DNA of 64,000 bases from Myxococcota bacterium (GTDB taxonomy: Bacteria > Myxococcota > XYA12-FULL-58-9 > JABJBS01): the NCBI GenBank assembly GCA_036339465.1, contig JAYZAY010000054.1:24872-88871 (forward strand), given 5' to 3'. A program made the translations under genes and the position numbers. This document shows positions 1-9,979 of this stretch, piece after piece (position 1 is the stretch's first letter; each line of letters opens with the position of its first letter). The notes beneath the pieces are model-generated. The model had not been told where the DNA came from and did no database searches. It saw only the letters and a program-made list of their open reading frames with translations.

Positions 1-929
1 CTCGTTTGCGGGGCAGACCAAACGGCATCGCTGTAGGTCTTAATGTCGCGTAAGTAGGAGAATGTATTGAACCAAATTCCACGCATGCCAGCAGTCCTGG
101 TTGCTGGGAACTTTGCGGCCATACTGGCTTGTTTTAGGAGTACATTTTCTTTTTTGCTCAAGTCACCCTCTGAGCTTCCCAATAGTTGATAGACCGGGTC
201 GGTTCCCGCGCCAAGTCTCATATCGGGGGTCGTTGGGTTGTCGCCGGATTCCGCTTTTTTCCACTGGCAAAATGTAATGCTGCGATTCAAATTAGGAATC
301 TTTTTCCAGTCTTTGAGGGCATGAGACTTTCCACACACGAGAACACGTCCGCGAAGCTTACGAATTGGCTCCTTATCTATGTAATAGCAAAGCAAATCCC
401 CTGCTATTTGGGGGGCGGGATATTGGTCGTTCAATTCATCGTTGAGTATCGTCAACATTTCTGTCGTGTAGGTTTTCTGCTTATCAAGCTTTAGAATGAG
501 GAACTCTGATGGATTTTCGCTTATGAACTGAGCAATACCACGACAGATCCACGTCCATGTTTCGCCATACCGGCGTGCACCGGCAATGGTCTGAAGGACT
601 GATCCGTGATATGCTCGATAGGTTCCGGCGTGTTTTGTAATACGAAGATCGAGTTGTCTCGCCCCACGGATCAGCTGATTGTAGACATTGTAGATTTGAG
701 TGGTGAAGTTGTCATGAAACAACTGGTGGTCTCTATCGGAACTGAGTAAATCATCGATCCCGGCGATCGCACCCATAGCACCCGAAGCAAAGTATTGCAG
801 TGGGTTTAAGTATTGCTCGGCCCCGAGTATCTGAAAGCTCATACCGGTATCATGTGTTGCTGGAAGAACGATACTGTTTAGGAGGGCATCGTCAGGAAGG
901 TGGCTCATCCATGTTCTTAAGGAAGGCAT
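1..929 (-). CDS. Phosphatidylinositol-specific phospholipase C (PI-PLC X-domain) protein, 3' end beyond the window
   Basis: Translated by hand from ATG at 929 (GGAG upstream); open to base 1. Motifs WMSHLPDDALLNSIVLPATHDTG, TQ..VYNQLIRGARQLDLRI, AYHG, ENPSEFLIL and KLRGRVLV match the PI-PLC X-box. No signal peptide. Absent from the ORF track. Confidence 0.8.
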   Translation of the reverse strand, partial: MPSLRTWMSHLPDDALLNSIVLPATHDTGMSFQILGAEQYLNPLQYFASGAMGAIAGIDDLLSSDRDHQLFHDNFTTQIYNVYNQLIRGARQLDLRITKHAGTYRAYHGSVLQTIAGARRYGETWTWICRGIAQFISENPSEFLILKLDKQKTYTTEMLTILNDELNDQYPAPQIAGDLLCYYIDKEPIRKLRGRVLVCGKSHALKDWKKIPNLNRSITFCQWKKAESGDNPTTPDMRLGAGTDPVYQLLGSSEGDLSKKENVLLKQASMAAKFPATRTAGMRGIWFNTFSYLRDIKTYSDAVWSAPQT

Positions 930-1680
930 AATTGTGCTCACTCCGGGGGCTTTGGTTTAGATGGGGTGGGGGCGAGGATGCTGTCGGGTAGTCTGGGTAT
1001 TGTGCTGGAAAGATGCGCTGCTATCATGTTTATGTTTATCATGAGCATACTTCCCATTCCGCAACCCCAAGGTAGCTGCTAGCCTGTACTGGTTGAATTT
1101 TAAAGTCAAGCTTATGGTGCTTTTGGGGTTCCTAAATTTAATTCTACCCCAAGGTCTTCAGTTGGTCGTAGCTGAAAATTCTCGATTGTGCATTGGTTGA
1201 GGCGATGTCTTAAAATCGCACGGTCCCTGGGAAATTGGAAAGCGTGATATGCACAGAGGGGGAAAAGGATACGGAAGCCAGGGACCTTGGTGCCAAAACG
1301 ATGCGCACCAGGGGAGTGGTGAGTTATCGGTTGGGGGGGGCGTAAGGATGGCTTGAGGACATTGCGTGGGCCGGTTTGTTTTTAGTGCGCATGGTTTTGT
1401 CTTTTTGAAGTTTTTCGTCGAGATTTCGGAGAAGGTTTGGGGTGTGGGTGACTTAATTTGTTTTGGGGATTGGTTTGGAGCCACCAGAGATGCGTTCTTT
1501 CATTTTCATGGGGGAAGCAGTGTCGCCATGATTTTTTTGAATTTGGTTTTACCTTACGCCTTCGGCATTTTGGGCTCTCTTTCTTAATGATGAGCTTATG
1601 TAAGTGCGCGAGATTCTTGCTGTTTTTTAATTATCTAAGGATAGTTAAACCGATTGATTTTTGTCTGGGGGGGCGAATTC

Positions 1681-2079
1681 ATGAGGGAAACGGAATTTCA
1701 GAAAGTTCGCAAAGCCTTGGAGGTGCTCTTCGGTTGTGTTGATGTGCCCATGCCGGAAAGGGTTGATAAGGATATACTGAAGAGTGCCTACCGGGAAAGG
1801 GTTTTCCAATGTCATCCGGATCGTGCCGTAGCCCGTGGTGGCGTGGAACCCGGTGCGGAGTCGAAAACGAGGACCATCAATGTCGCGTATTCTATTCTCA
1901 AAAAGAAAATGGCCGAGGGTGAGATCACTACGAGGACATATTACCCACGAGGCCAAAGTAAAAGGAGAGAGACACGCTACCCCGCAGTGTCTCAAGATGG
2001 GGAAATTCAATTCACCAAGCAATATGTGAAGGAGTTGATGGAAGAAGAAGTTCATTTGGAAGCATTCAGAACTTGGTAG
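1681..2079 (+). CDS. Small J-domain (DnaJ-like) protein
   Basis: ILKSAYRERVFQCHPDR contains the HPD motif, followed by INVAYSIL; ATG at 1681 preferred to the ORF-track start at 1654. Confidence 0.7.
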   Translation: MRETEFQKVRKALEVLFGCVDVPMPERVDKDILKSAYRERVFQCHPDRAVARGGVEPGAESKTRTINVAYSILKKKMAEGEITTRTYYPRGQSKRRETRYPAVSQDGEIQFTKQYVKELMEEEVHLEAFRTW

Positions 2080-2213
2080 AAAAAGACAAAGAAATTGTCT
2101 CGCCCCTCCCAGTTGTTGCCACTGTGCGTTGCCTCAGGTTGATTGGAATCATTCAGCTTTAGGGTTGCTCTCTGAGGCTCGGCCGCTAAAGCAACCAACC
2201 AAGGTATGTTAAT

Positions 2214-2480
2214 ATGGGGCGTCCGAGTAAATTGAATGTTGCGCACCGGCGCTCAGCGATTCTAGGGGTGTTGAGTAGGAAGGAGTCAGGGGCGAAAACC
2301 ACCCGCCGTTACGGAGTTAGTGAACCGACACTTAATGGTGACGTGACGACTTCATCGGCAATGGGAAAGAGGATCTCAAAGGCAAGGTGGGGGCTTTGAA
2401 AATCACCATCGCGAAGAAAATGCTGAAAAAATTGCCCAGCACTCCAGCCCACCCAAAGAGCTTCCAAGAGCGGTAAGCGA
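2214..2480 (+). mobile_element. Degenerate IS3-family transposase OrfA remnant
   Basis: MGRPSKL...RRYGVSEPTL, then after a frameshift W*RDDFIGNGK...ITIAKKMLKK with an A6 run; resembles the IS3 OrfA HTH; interrupted. Confidence 0.5.
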
Positions 2481-2633
2481 AGAGCCTGCACGGCTTGCCG
2501 ATCTTGGTGTGTTGCTGTTTTTGTCGCAGCACAAAGCCAAGGGTCCCCAAAACTTTTACCGGCCAGGGCCCAGGCCCAAACGCCCCATAGGACCGGTTGC
2601 CAAGGAACAACCCATATGGGTTTCACTCCATTT

Positions 2634-2957
2634 CTACGTTGTTACTCGAGGAGGGGGGCAAAAGTAGATTTTACACGCCCGATACTGGGTCCGTTCACGG
2701 GGGCAGGAGCTCGGCTTACCTTCTGAGTTAGACAAACCCTTCACTTGGACAACCATCCGTGAGGGAAGCGGCATTTCGTTGGGGAGAGGAATCGTTGTTT
2801 TACTATCGGCTGCGGAATCGAGAATCGACTTAGGTTGGAAGAGGGAAGATTCATTTTGCCAATTTAGAACTTCTTCGCTGACCGGTGACCGGTCGGTGCG
2901 CCAAGGGGATGTGCTGGGAACGTGGATATACTTTGGGTCGTTGGCATTGGCCGTCAT
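2634..2957 (-). CDS. Hypothetical small protein downstream of tssK
   Basis: GGGAG RBS before the ATG, 24 bp after the tssK stop; no recognisable domain. Confidence 0.35.
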   Translation of the reverse strand: MTANANDPKYIHVPSTSPWRTDRSPVSEEVLNWQNESSLFQPKSILDSAADSKTTIPLPNEMPLPSRMVVQVKGLSNSEGKPSSCPRERTQYRACKIYFCPPPRVTT

Positions 2958-2981
2958 TGGGTTATGCTCCCAGCAAACACC

Positions 2982-4241
2982 TTAATCCACCCGCCAATAC
3001 ATGAATGACCGCGTGTTGGATAGTTCTGGGCGGTCAAAGAACGCCAGGGCTCCATCCCGCACCGCATAATCCCACTCTTCCCCGTCGTTGAGCTTATAGA
3101 ACTCAACCTCGGCGCCAAAAGTATGGTGAAACGGCGGCGTTTCGACCTTTTGAAGGGCGATACCCCCTAGAGAAAGCTGGTGAACCATTTGAATCCGACT
3201 CTCACCGGCCAACTTAAAGCCATTGAGATTCATCTGGCTGCCCACGCGCTCTTTTTGTAGGAGCCAGTAGACTTCTTTGGCCTTACTGGCCTCGGGAGGA
3301 AGCTTACAAACCAGGAGCCCCTGATTTATCTGAAACGGCGCATAGGGCATTTTCGTCCGTGAGGTTCGAATAAGGTTTTCAAGCTCATCCAACAATGTAT
3401 TGAAAAGCGGCCCTAAGCCCTGATGGTCATAAACGAGCTTCAACGAGGGAGGCTGTTTTTCCCGATAAATTGACACATCCAGGTAAAAACCATGCATTGC
3501 TCTGAAAATATCGTAGGGGTGGTAGCGAATATCCCCGTCTAAGTTCGCCAAAATGGCCTGGAATTCATAGAGCCCCCTTAAACATTGCTTCGCTGAAAAT
3601 AAACTTGCACCGCCCAAATAGTGTTCTTGGATATCGTCAACGAGGGCTTGATGAAACGCCTCTGTAATAGAATTGGCTTTTTCAAAGACATGGTCAAAGA
3701 ACGGGGAGCGTTGGGTAGACACGGTCGGAGGTATATATTCCTGGCTTAATGACCAAACCCCATCCACATCTTTTTCGAAATCCCCAAGTTTGAAGGAATG
3801 GAGGGAGGTTTCCGAGTAGGGGCTGGCTGATAACTGTATACGCTGAAGGATCTTGTCGATGCTCTCTTCATCTTCGGATTCCATGTCGCCAGAATGCAAT
3901 GTCTCAAACCCGGACTGGAGGTGTAAATAGAGAGAAACCTGTGAAGACCCAGCGATGTTCAAATTCATGGCATTGGGTTGTGTGTTTCCCGGGATATCCA
4001 CCAAAACGCCACTGGGTAAAACCAGGGTCAATTCCTTTAGGCTGACGATGCCCTCGAGAAATTGGAAAGGATCCCATTCAATACTTGCCAAACCCCATTG
4101 GGGGAGTGAAAAGTTTGTAAAACGAAGATTGCTTTCTTCCCGTAGAGAATGCTCTTGGGCATAGAAATGCTCTGGCAATAAGGCTTGCCCAATTTGCCAG
4201 TACACGCGTGCGGTCTGATGGTTGACTTTTCTTATAGCCAT
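2982..4241 (-). CDS. tssK: T6SS baseplate subunit TssK (IglD-like)
   Basis: ARVYWQIGQALLPEHFYAQE N-terminal motif, YIPP and YDHQ motifs; ATG at 4241 preferred because the ORF-track start lies inside a hairpin. Confidence 0.88.
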   Translation of the reverse strand: MAIRKVNHQTARVYWQIGQALLPEHFYAQEHSLREESNLRFTNFSLPQWGLASIEWDPFQFLEGIVSLKELTLVLPSGVLVDIPGNTQPNAMNLNIAGSSQVSLYLHLQSGFETLHSGDMESEDEESIDKILQRIQLSASPYSETSLHSFKLGDFEKDVDGVWSLSQEYIPPTVSTQRSPFFDHVFEKANSITEAFHQALVDDIQEHYLGGASLFSAKQCLRGLYEFQAILANLDGDIRYHPYDIFRAMHGFYLDVSIYREKQPPSLKLVYDHQGLGPLFNTLLDELENLIRTSRTKMPYAPFQINQGLLVCKLPPEASKAKEVYWLLQKERVGSQMNLNGFKLAGESRIQMVHQLSLGGIALQKVETPPFHHTFGAEVEFYKLNDGEEWDYAVRDGALAFFDRPELSNTRSFMYWRVD

Positions 4242-4301
4242 ATAGATGTAATGCCGATATTCGGGGTGTGGAGTCAATGGAAATCCGAAAGAGGAGAGAT
4301 G

Positions 4302-4329
4302 AAGTTCCCCACTCAAGGATGGGGAACTT
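4302..4329 (-). terminator. Stem-loop between hcp and tssK (terminator or mRNA-stability hairpin)
   Basis: Perfect 10-bp arms AAGTTCCCCA / TGGGGAACTT with an 8-nt loop, 16 bp after the hcp stop; no clean U-tract. Confidence 0.6.
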
Positions 4330-4345
4330 TAACGAGGTTAAGCTG

Positions 4346-4981
4346 CTAAGCTGCGTTAACCTTGATTCCCCAGCCCCAGCAGGTTTTACTGTTTTTGGCA
4401 GTTGCAAAGTTCAGCGCTGACATAACATTCGCATCGGGGACCACCTCAAAATACATGTTATACATGTCAATTTTGATGTTGGGTGCGATTTGAGTGGGAC
4501 TAGATGCCAATGTCATTTGGATCGTGCCACCTTGGTCATTGATCTTCCCTTGCAGCGCAACGGCAGGAAAGCAACGCTCGAACCAGTCGGCTTCTTCTTG
4601 ATCAAATTGGCATGCCCAATAGTTGAGGTTTGCGATGTCTGACGTACCCACTGAATCTGTCTTCTTAGCCGATAGCTGATTGAAGTTGGCACTCGAGACA
4701 TAAACAGAGAAGCGGAGCGCATCACCGGCTGCGCCTCCCCAGGAGTACGAGTCCAAAATTGCGGCCACGGTTCCTGTTTTCAAGCCGGTATCGTCATCAC
4801 CAGTCAAACTAAAGTCCGGGGCACTTGTGTCGTCGTACTTATAGGGAGAGTAGACAACAATATCCGGCTCCAGGGCATAATCCAGAATGGTAAGGGTAGG
4901 TAGATATCCTACGGTCTTGTTCTCGCTCCAGTTAGGTAGACACGCTTGTCTCCAATCACACTGAACATTTGTTAAACTCAT
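4346..4981 (-). CDS. hcp: Divergent Hcp/TssD tube protein (IglC position)
   Basis: 211 aa, beta-rich, between tssC and tssK exactly as iglC is; strong AAGGAG RBS; paralogue at 17681-18295. No canonical Hcp motif, so the call is positional. Confidence 0.7.
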   Translation of the reverse strand: MSLTNVQCDWRQACLPNWSENKTVGYLPTLTILDYALEPDIVVYSPYKYDDTSAPDFSLTGDDDTGLKTGTVAAILDSYSWGGAAGDALRFSVYVSSANFNQLSAKKTDSVGTSDIANLNYWACQFDQEEADWFERCFPAVALQGKINDQGGTIQMTLASSPTQIAPNIKIDMYNMYFEVVPDANVMSALNFATAKNSKTCWGWGIKVNAA

Positions 4982-5036
4982 TATAAGCTCCTTAAATGGA
5001 AAAGTTTTCGTTCAAATCACTGTATCTTTTGTGGGG

Positions 5037-6524
5037 TTAGCCCAAACGCGCATCCACTCGAAGGTCTACATCCATACCTTCAAACTGAATATGAGGGAGA
5101 ATGGAGAGGTTACAGTGATACCAACCCACACGGCCAGGAACTTCGTTGACTTCGAGGCTATAGGCCTTGAAGGGGTAATAACGAAGCGTTAGATCGTCGG
5201 GGTTGACCACAGTGGTGATATACTTCGAAATCCAATGGTCAATTTGGTTGTAGATATAGGGCGCATCGGCGGTGCTACCTATATTGTCTCGCATAATGCA
5301 CTTGAGATAGTGCGCAATGCGACTGATGGAAAATGTGTAGGAGAGATTTGACACCAGCTGGGAATTTTCAGAATCTTTTGGGTCCTTGAAGTTGTGAGAC
5401 TTCTTAATGGATTGCACACTGAAGAAAACCGCGTCTGACGAACCCTTCTTCTGGATGAGGGGAATCAAGCCACTGTTGGCCAGCTCAAGTTCTCGGTAGT
5501 CAGGCATGGTGACTTCACATGGAAGCTTGAGTTGGGTCTCTCCGCGAAATTCGAATTTATGGCTGGGTAGTCCAGCCACCAGGCCGCCGGCCTTTGGCCC
5601 ACGAATATGCTGGCACCATCCTGACGTTTCGAAGGATTTTGCCAGATTACGGCCCATCAACAACGAAGCAGGTGCCCAAAGATAATCACTGTCCTCATTG
5701 CCAACCCTTTCTTCGAATGACACACCCTCGGCAGGATTTGTTTCATCGCTATAGGGACGTCGAGCCAGGTAGCGTGGCATTGTCAGACCGATATAGGCTG
5801 CTTGTTCGGTTTCCCGAAGCTGATTCCATCCAGCGTATTTTGGTGTGTCGAGCATACCCTCGATGTCTCGCAAGTTATTCACTTCGGCCATGGTTTCGCA
5901 TCCAAAAAATTTGGGTGAAACCGAGCCAACGAAAGGGGCATGGGAAGCCGTGGCGACTTTACCCATGGCCTTGAGCCAGAGAAGATCCTTTGGCGTATTG
6001 TTGAAATCATAGAGACCGAGGACCGAACCCCAGGGTGCCCCACCATACTGGTCATATTCGGAAACATAGATTTTTTTGAAGAATTCGGAGCCAGCAATAT
6101 CAGCGGCGTTCATTTCGAGATCTTCAAAAGCTTCTTCTTTGGACACGTCCAAAAGCCCGAGTGATATGTCTGCTTTAAAATTGACGTTATTACAGAGATC
6201 CTCAATGCCTCTCCACACCGACTCCACTTCTTGGAACGCTTCAGCGTGGTAAACTTCGTTGAGTTGATCTTCGATAAGCACATCGACTTGATTCACGAGA
6301 TCTGCGATACGCTGCTTATCAAAGCGGACGCCACCTTCGTCCATGTTGTATACAATGGTTGCAAGACTCGAGAGAAAGCGGTCTTCCTCGCTTACGTCCT
6401 CAGCCAAATCATTCATATGATTGGTAAGCATGGGTATTGGGGATTCCACTTCGCTGCTGAGCTTCACACTCGATAAAAATGAAGGTAAGTCTAATGTGAC
6501 TTCGGTATCTGTTTGATCTGCCAT
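5037..6524 (-). CDS. tssC: T6SS contractile sheath large subunit TssC (IglB/VipB)
   Basis: FQEVESVWRG, EYDQYGGAP, ASHAPF, GWCQHIRGPKAGG, SRIAHYLK and PHIQFEG motifs. Confidence 0.97.
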   Translation of the reverse strand: MADQTDTEVTLDLPSFLSSVKLSSEVESPIPMLTNHMNDLAEDVSEEDRFLSSLATIVYNMDEGGVRFDKQRIADLVNQVDVLIEDQLNEVYHAEAFQEVESVWRGIEDLCNNVNFKADISLGLLDVSKEEAFEDLEMNAADIAGSEFFKKIYVSEYDQYGGAPWGSVLGLYDFNNTPKDLLWLKAMGKVATASHAPFVGSVSPKFFGCETMAEVNNLRDIEGMLDTPKYAGWNQLRETEQAAYIGLTMPRYLARRPYSDETNPAEGVSFEERVGNEDSDYLWAPASLLMGRNLAKSFETSGWCQHIRGPKAGGLVAGLPSHKFEFRGETQLKLPCEVTMPDYRELELANSGLIPLIQKKGSSDAVFFSVQSIKKSHNFKDPKDSENSQLVSNLSYTFSISRIAHYLKCIMRDNIGSTADAPYIYNQIDHWISKYITTVVNPDDLTLRYYPFKAYSLEVNEVPGRVGWYHCNLSILPHIQFEGMDVDLRVDARLG

Positions 6525-6567
6525 CTAATTTCTCCAATTCGTTCGATTAAAATTGTTGCGTTTGTTT

Positions 6568-7113
6568 TTATTCTGCTGCGGGTTCTTCTGCTGTGGCTAC
6601 AACTTTGGTTGGGACCTTAAAGCACGTGTGATCCTTAAGTGAACTCTGAAGAGCGGAAACCGCGTCAGGGCTATCGCTTAGAGCTTGCACCAAACGACGA
6701 AAATCTTTTCGGTTATCGAGGTTTGATTGTGCTTCCAGTAGTAGCTTCTTGAGCAACATCAATCCCTTCACTTTAGGAATGGCATTTCCCACCGCGAGTG
6801 GTTCAAAGGATTTCATGGATTCAATGGGGATTTCGATATCGAGACCCTCAGAATTTTCGGCATCGATTCTATTGGGCACAGTCATTTTAATGGAAACGCC
6901 CATATCTTTGAGAACCGCATTTAAATTGGTGCCATCGAGCTGGCGAATGTTACGAGCATCTAAATCGTTTGCCCGGTCGGTGGATGTTCCCGCAGATAAA
7001 TCACCCATCACCAGCATTCTGAAGGGCAATGTAACCTCTTCTTTTTGACCTTCTACCTGAGTTTTGTAAGTAAGAGTTAGTCTGGATTTTGGAATTTCTT
7101 GATTGATTGCCAT
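6568..7113 (-). CDS. tssB: T6SS contractile sheath small subunit TssB (IglA/VipA)
   Basis: IPKSRLTLTY...LPFRMLVMGDLS...SMKSFEP; directly upstream of tssC. Confidence 0.95.
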   Translation of the reverse strand: MAINQEIPKSRLTLTYKTQVEGQKEEVTLPFRMLVMGDLSAGTSTDRANDLDARNIRQLDGTNLNAVLKDMGVSIKMTVPNRIDAENSEGLDIEIPIESMKSFEPLAVGNAIPKVKGLMLLKKLLLEAQSNLDNRKDFRRLVQALSDSPDAVSALQSSLKDHTCFKVPTKVVATAEEPAAE

Positions 7114-7352
7114 CGGTTCCCCCAAGGCGTTTAGGACTCTAAGTCATTTATCTAAAATATGTTTAGGCAGTGACATTCTTACCACTCACCCACGATCCGA
7201 ACGGAGTTCATCCGAGCACACGCCCAGGCTTCGAGTCAAGAAATTTGTTCACCGGTTAGGAAGGCTTGAGGAGGGTATGGATAAGAAGGGGCGACTTGCT
7301 TACGCTCTCCAGCTTGAGTGACAGACACTCCATGGGGGGGCGGAGAGCATAC

Positions 7353-8243
7353 TCAACTTTTCTGAGCCGTGCTGCCGTTAAAGACAGTAATTTGGTGTTC
7401 AGAAACGCTAGAAGTTCTGATCTTTTCAAAACCGAGAAAGCCAGCGTTTCCGAGAGTCGCGGAACTGGCATGCTCTTCGACCACCAATACGACTTTCAGC
7501 CACAGTGGTGTTGCTTTTAATTTAGGAAGAAGTCGAGTGGACATGCGTTGTGTTACCAAGAGTGGCCAAGCAGATCCAGTCATCTGTTTTTCGTCCCGGG
7601 AATAGAGGATTATCAAAAAGCCACAGATGGTGGCATTGAAATGCTTACCCAAAGTGGAAGATCCATCCATGACGGAGTGCCCTGTTTGAGCGCCCGAATG
7701 GGGCAGCGCGTTTTTGAAACGTTGGCGCTCAACGACGACTTTGAGTTCGGGGAAATAGAGCGAGAAGAGCCAGCTAAGCCCACTGACGGAATCAAGACCG
7801 ACCATTTTTGCGTACGCGATTTTGTGAGCATCCCAGGATTCATAGAGATGTTGATCGAGTTCCACATAGAGTAGACTGATAAAGGATCGAAGGAGTTGAT
7901 TGTCAAAGAAACGAAGGAAATTGAAGAATGGATCTGGATTTTCCAGGCCTTCAGCAATCTGCATAAAGTAGGAAGGTAAGAGTCCCCGTTGATCGTGGAG
8001 CCCTAAATTTAGCCTCACCACCACATGCTTCGGTGGCCCGTCTTTGAAAATCACTTCGTGGACCAAGGCGTTAATCGACCCGCTATCCATATTGCTTTCG
8101 AATAAAATATCGTTCAATTCATAGCCGGCCCGAGCTAAGACGCGAATCAACGAAATCAAATCAAAATCTCGGGCCCGTCGAGTAATCCTATCCTGATTCG
8201 TGGCTCGTTTGTTGGGGCCTAAGGGGGCTGTCATGGACGCCAT
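7353..8243 (-). CDS. tssG: T6SS baseplate subunit TssG (IglJ-like)
   Basis: VRLNLGL...GLLPSYF, FLRFFDNQL and LGNAGFLG motifs typical of TssG. Confidence 0.8.
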   Translation of the reverse strand: MASMTAPLGPNKRATNQDRITRRARDFDLISLIRVLARAGYELNDILFESNMDSGSINALVHEVIFKDGPPKHVVVRLNLGLHDQRGLLPSYFMQIAEGLENPDPFFNFLRFFDNQLLRSFISLLYVELDQHLYESWDAHKIAYAKMVGLDSVSGLSWLFSLYFPELKVVVERQRFKNALPHSGAQTGHSVMDGSSTLGKHFNATICGFLIILYSRDEKQMTGSAWPLLVTQRMSTRLLPKLKATPLWLKVVLVVEEHASSATLGNAGFLGFEKIRTSSVSEHQITVFNGSTAQKS

Positions 8244-8289
8244 GAGATTTCAACTCTCCTTAATTTATTCCCAAATGACGGGATGGGGC

Positions 8290-9357
8290 CTACTGTGAAA
8301 TAAAGGATTCCAGATCCACTTCGTAAAATTGTCTTAAGGTTTCCCATTTTATCCCGTCTCGCTCTTGCCAATGTCCGGAGATGGTTTGAATATTTTTATT
8401 GAGGTCCCCATAGAAATTGGCGAAGAGGGCGGGAAAATATTTCCTGGGGTCAAAGTTTTGGATCAAACCGGAGACATCATCTCCGACCAAGGCAGCTCGG
8501 TCTAATTTTTTTGCTTCCACCAAGGATTGAAAGGCTTTGAGCTTTCGAATCAAAGCCAATAGTTCGGCTGATGGTCCCTGCGTGCCAAAAAGGATATCCA
8601 ATATTTCGGATGCATCGGAGAGTTTAGCCTGTGGACGTATGGTGTCTGGGGTTGAGGTCGGGGAAAAATCCCCTTGTGATTCGGTCGATGGTGGTTTGTT
8701 TTCCTCTGACACGGACACCTCAGCATTTTCTTTCGGATTCTCTAAGTGGTGACCTAGATTTCCGAGTTCCCGAGTTAAACTGCTAAATAGGGTTTTTAGG
8801 TCAGCGGAATTGAGCTTGTCAAAGAGCCATCCTTCCAGCTCGCACACTTGCTCCAAAACCATCTGAAGTTTTTTCTCAGAAAGTCCCAAGACCCATTCCT
8901 GCAACTGTTCATCCTTCTTTAAACGATGGTATTCGATATTGCGAATGAGTTTTTCTAGCAGTGTTGCAACTGATTTAACGACATGTCTGTTCTTTTGTTC
9001 AGTTGGGCCAAAACCATCCCATGAGGATTGGAGAAAGAGTCGGAATGCTTCGCAGTGTTGGCCAAAAACAACCACACTTTCTTGGAGGAATACGTGATAT
9101 AAGTCGAAGCATAACAGCCTTATATCGAGAATGTTTTTATCGACCAACGCTTGAATTTCTTCAGAGGCTTCGAGATAGCGTTCTGTCTCGTAGAGATCGC
9201 AAATCGATTGAAAGCGTGGGTCAAGGGAATCTAGTCCGCTGACCATTTCAGCAGAAGGCGGCGGGTTACGGAGAAATTTAAGAGCTAACGTCATTGGCCA
9301 TATTTCTAACCTTAGTTTTAGAGGCTGTCCAACTTTAACGGTCTCCTTAATCTCCAT
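8290..9357 (-). CDS. iglI: IglI-family / TssA-like T6SS protein
   Basis: All-helical, LDIRLL near the N-terminus, low-complexity linker, C-terminal FDPRKYFPALFANF; immediately upstream of tssG, as iglI is of iglJ. Alternative start at 9294. Confidence 0.6.
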   Translation of the reverse strand: MEIKETVKVGQPLKLRLEIWPMTLALKFLRNPPPSAEMVSGLDSLDPRFQSICDLYETERYLEASEEIQALVDKNILDIRLLCFDLYHVFLQESVVVFGQHCEAFRLFLQSSWDGFGPTEQKNRHVVKSVATLLEKLIRNIEYHRLKKDEQLQEWVLGLSEKKLQMVLEQVCELEGWLFDKLNSADLKTLFSSLTRELGNLGHHLENPKENAEVSVSEENKPPSTESQGDFSPTSTPDTIRPQAKLSDASEILDILFGTQGPSAELLALIRKLKAFQSLVEAKKLDRAALVGDDVSGLIQNFDPRKYFPALFANFYGDLNKNIQTISGHWQERDGIKWETLRQFYEVDLESFISQ

Positions 9358-9539
9358 TTTGCCTGAGATTTGGGACTTCTACTGGCCAACACCACCGTAT
9401 ACCCCTGCGTCCTCCTACAATACTCTGTTTTTTTGATAAGCGAATTCTTTTATTTTTTATAGACTTAGGGATAGATAGCCAAGGATATGAGCCACTGAAT
9501 TTTAACCCCCAAGAAAGCGGCGGGGCGAGGGGACGTTCC

Positions 9540-9923
9540 ATGTTTTTACATAAACATTTTATCGCGAGAGATGAGAAACCCGGCAATGTCATTGAGGATA
9601 TTTTGCGGAATCTTAAATGGATATTCCAGAGCAAGCGGGGTTGTGGGTATTTCATGGAAGAATTTGGTCTCAGTGATACGGGATTTCGAACCCCGGTGGA
9701 GATGGTCGAAATTCTCAGCGACGAGCTCAAAGAGAACATCAAATTATTTGAGCCGAGAATAGAATTGCTTGAAATTATCGATGACTATTGCCCTGAGACC
9801 GGCCGGGTTTGTTTGGAGCTCATCTGTCGATTTACACAGGAGAAGGACGTCCTTACCTTGAGACTCGATCCCAGAACCAGACAGATAGAAGTGGTTCCCC
9901 TCGAAGAACTTGAGAATCGTTAA
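9540..9923 (+). CDS. tssE: T6SS baseplate TssE (gp25-like)
   Basis: EDILRNLKWIFQSKRG...EFGLSD...IKLFEPRI gp25/TssE signature. Confidence 0.85.
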   Translation: MFLHKHFIARDEKPGNVIEDILRNLKWIFQSKRGCGYFMEEFGLSDTGFRTPVEMVEILSDELKENIKLFEPRIELLEIIDDYCPETGRVCLELICRFTQEKDVLTLRLDPRTRQIEVVPLEELENR

Positions 9924-9979
9924 CCATTGAAATATCGAGTTTCTTTGTCGTGCTTTCTTTAAGAGGATGAAAATATACC

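Noticed and set aside
186..494. 102-aa + strand ORF
   Set aside because: Antisense to the PI-PLC frame.
960..1650. Short ORFs and a TTGGGGT/ACCCCAA dyad
   Set aside because: Low-complexity intergenic sequence with no supportable function.
7143..7174. Imperfect dyad upstream of tssB (CTAAA-N5-TTTAG)
   Set aside because: Too short and AT-rich to distinguish from chance.
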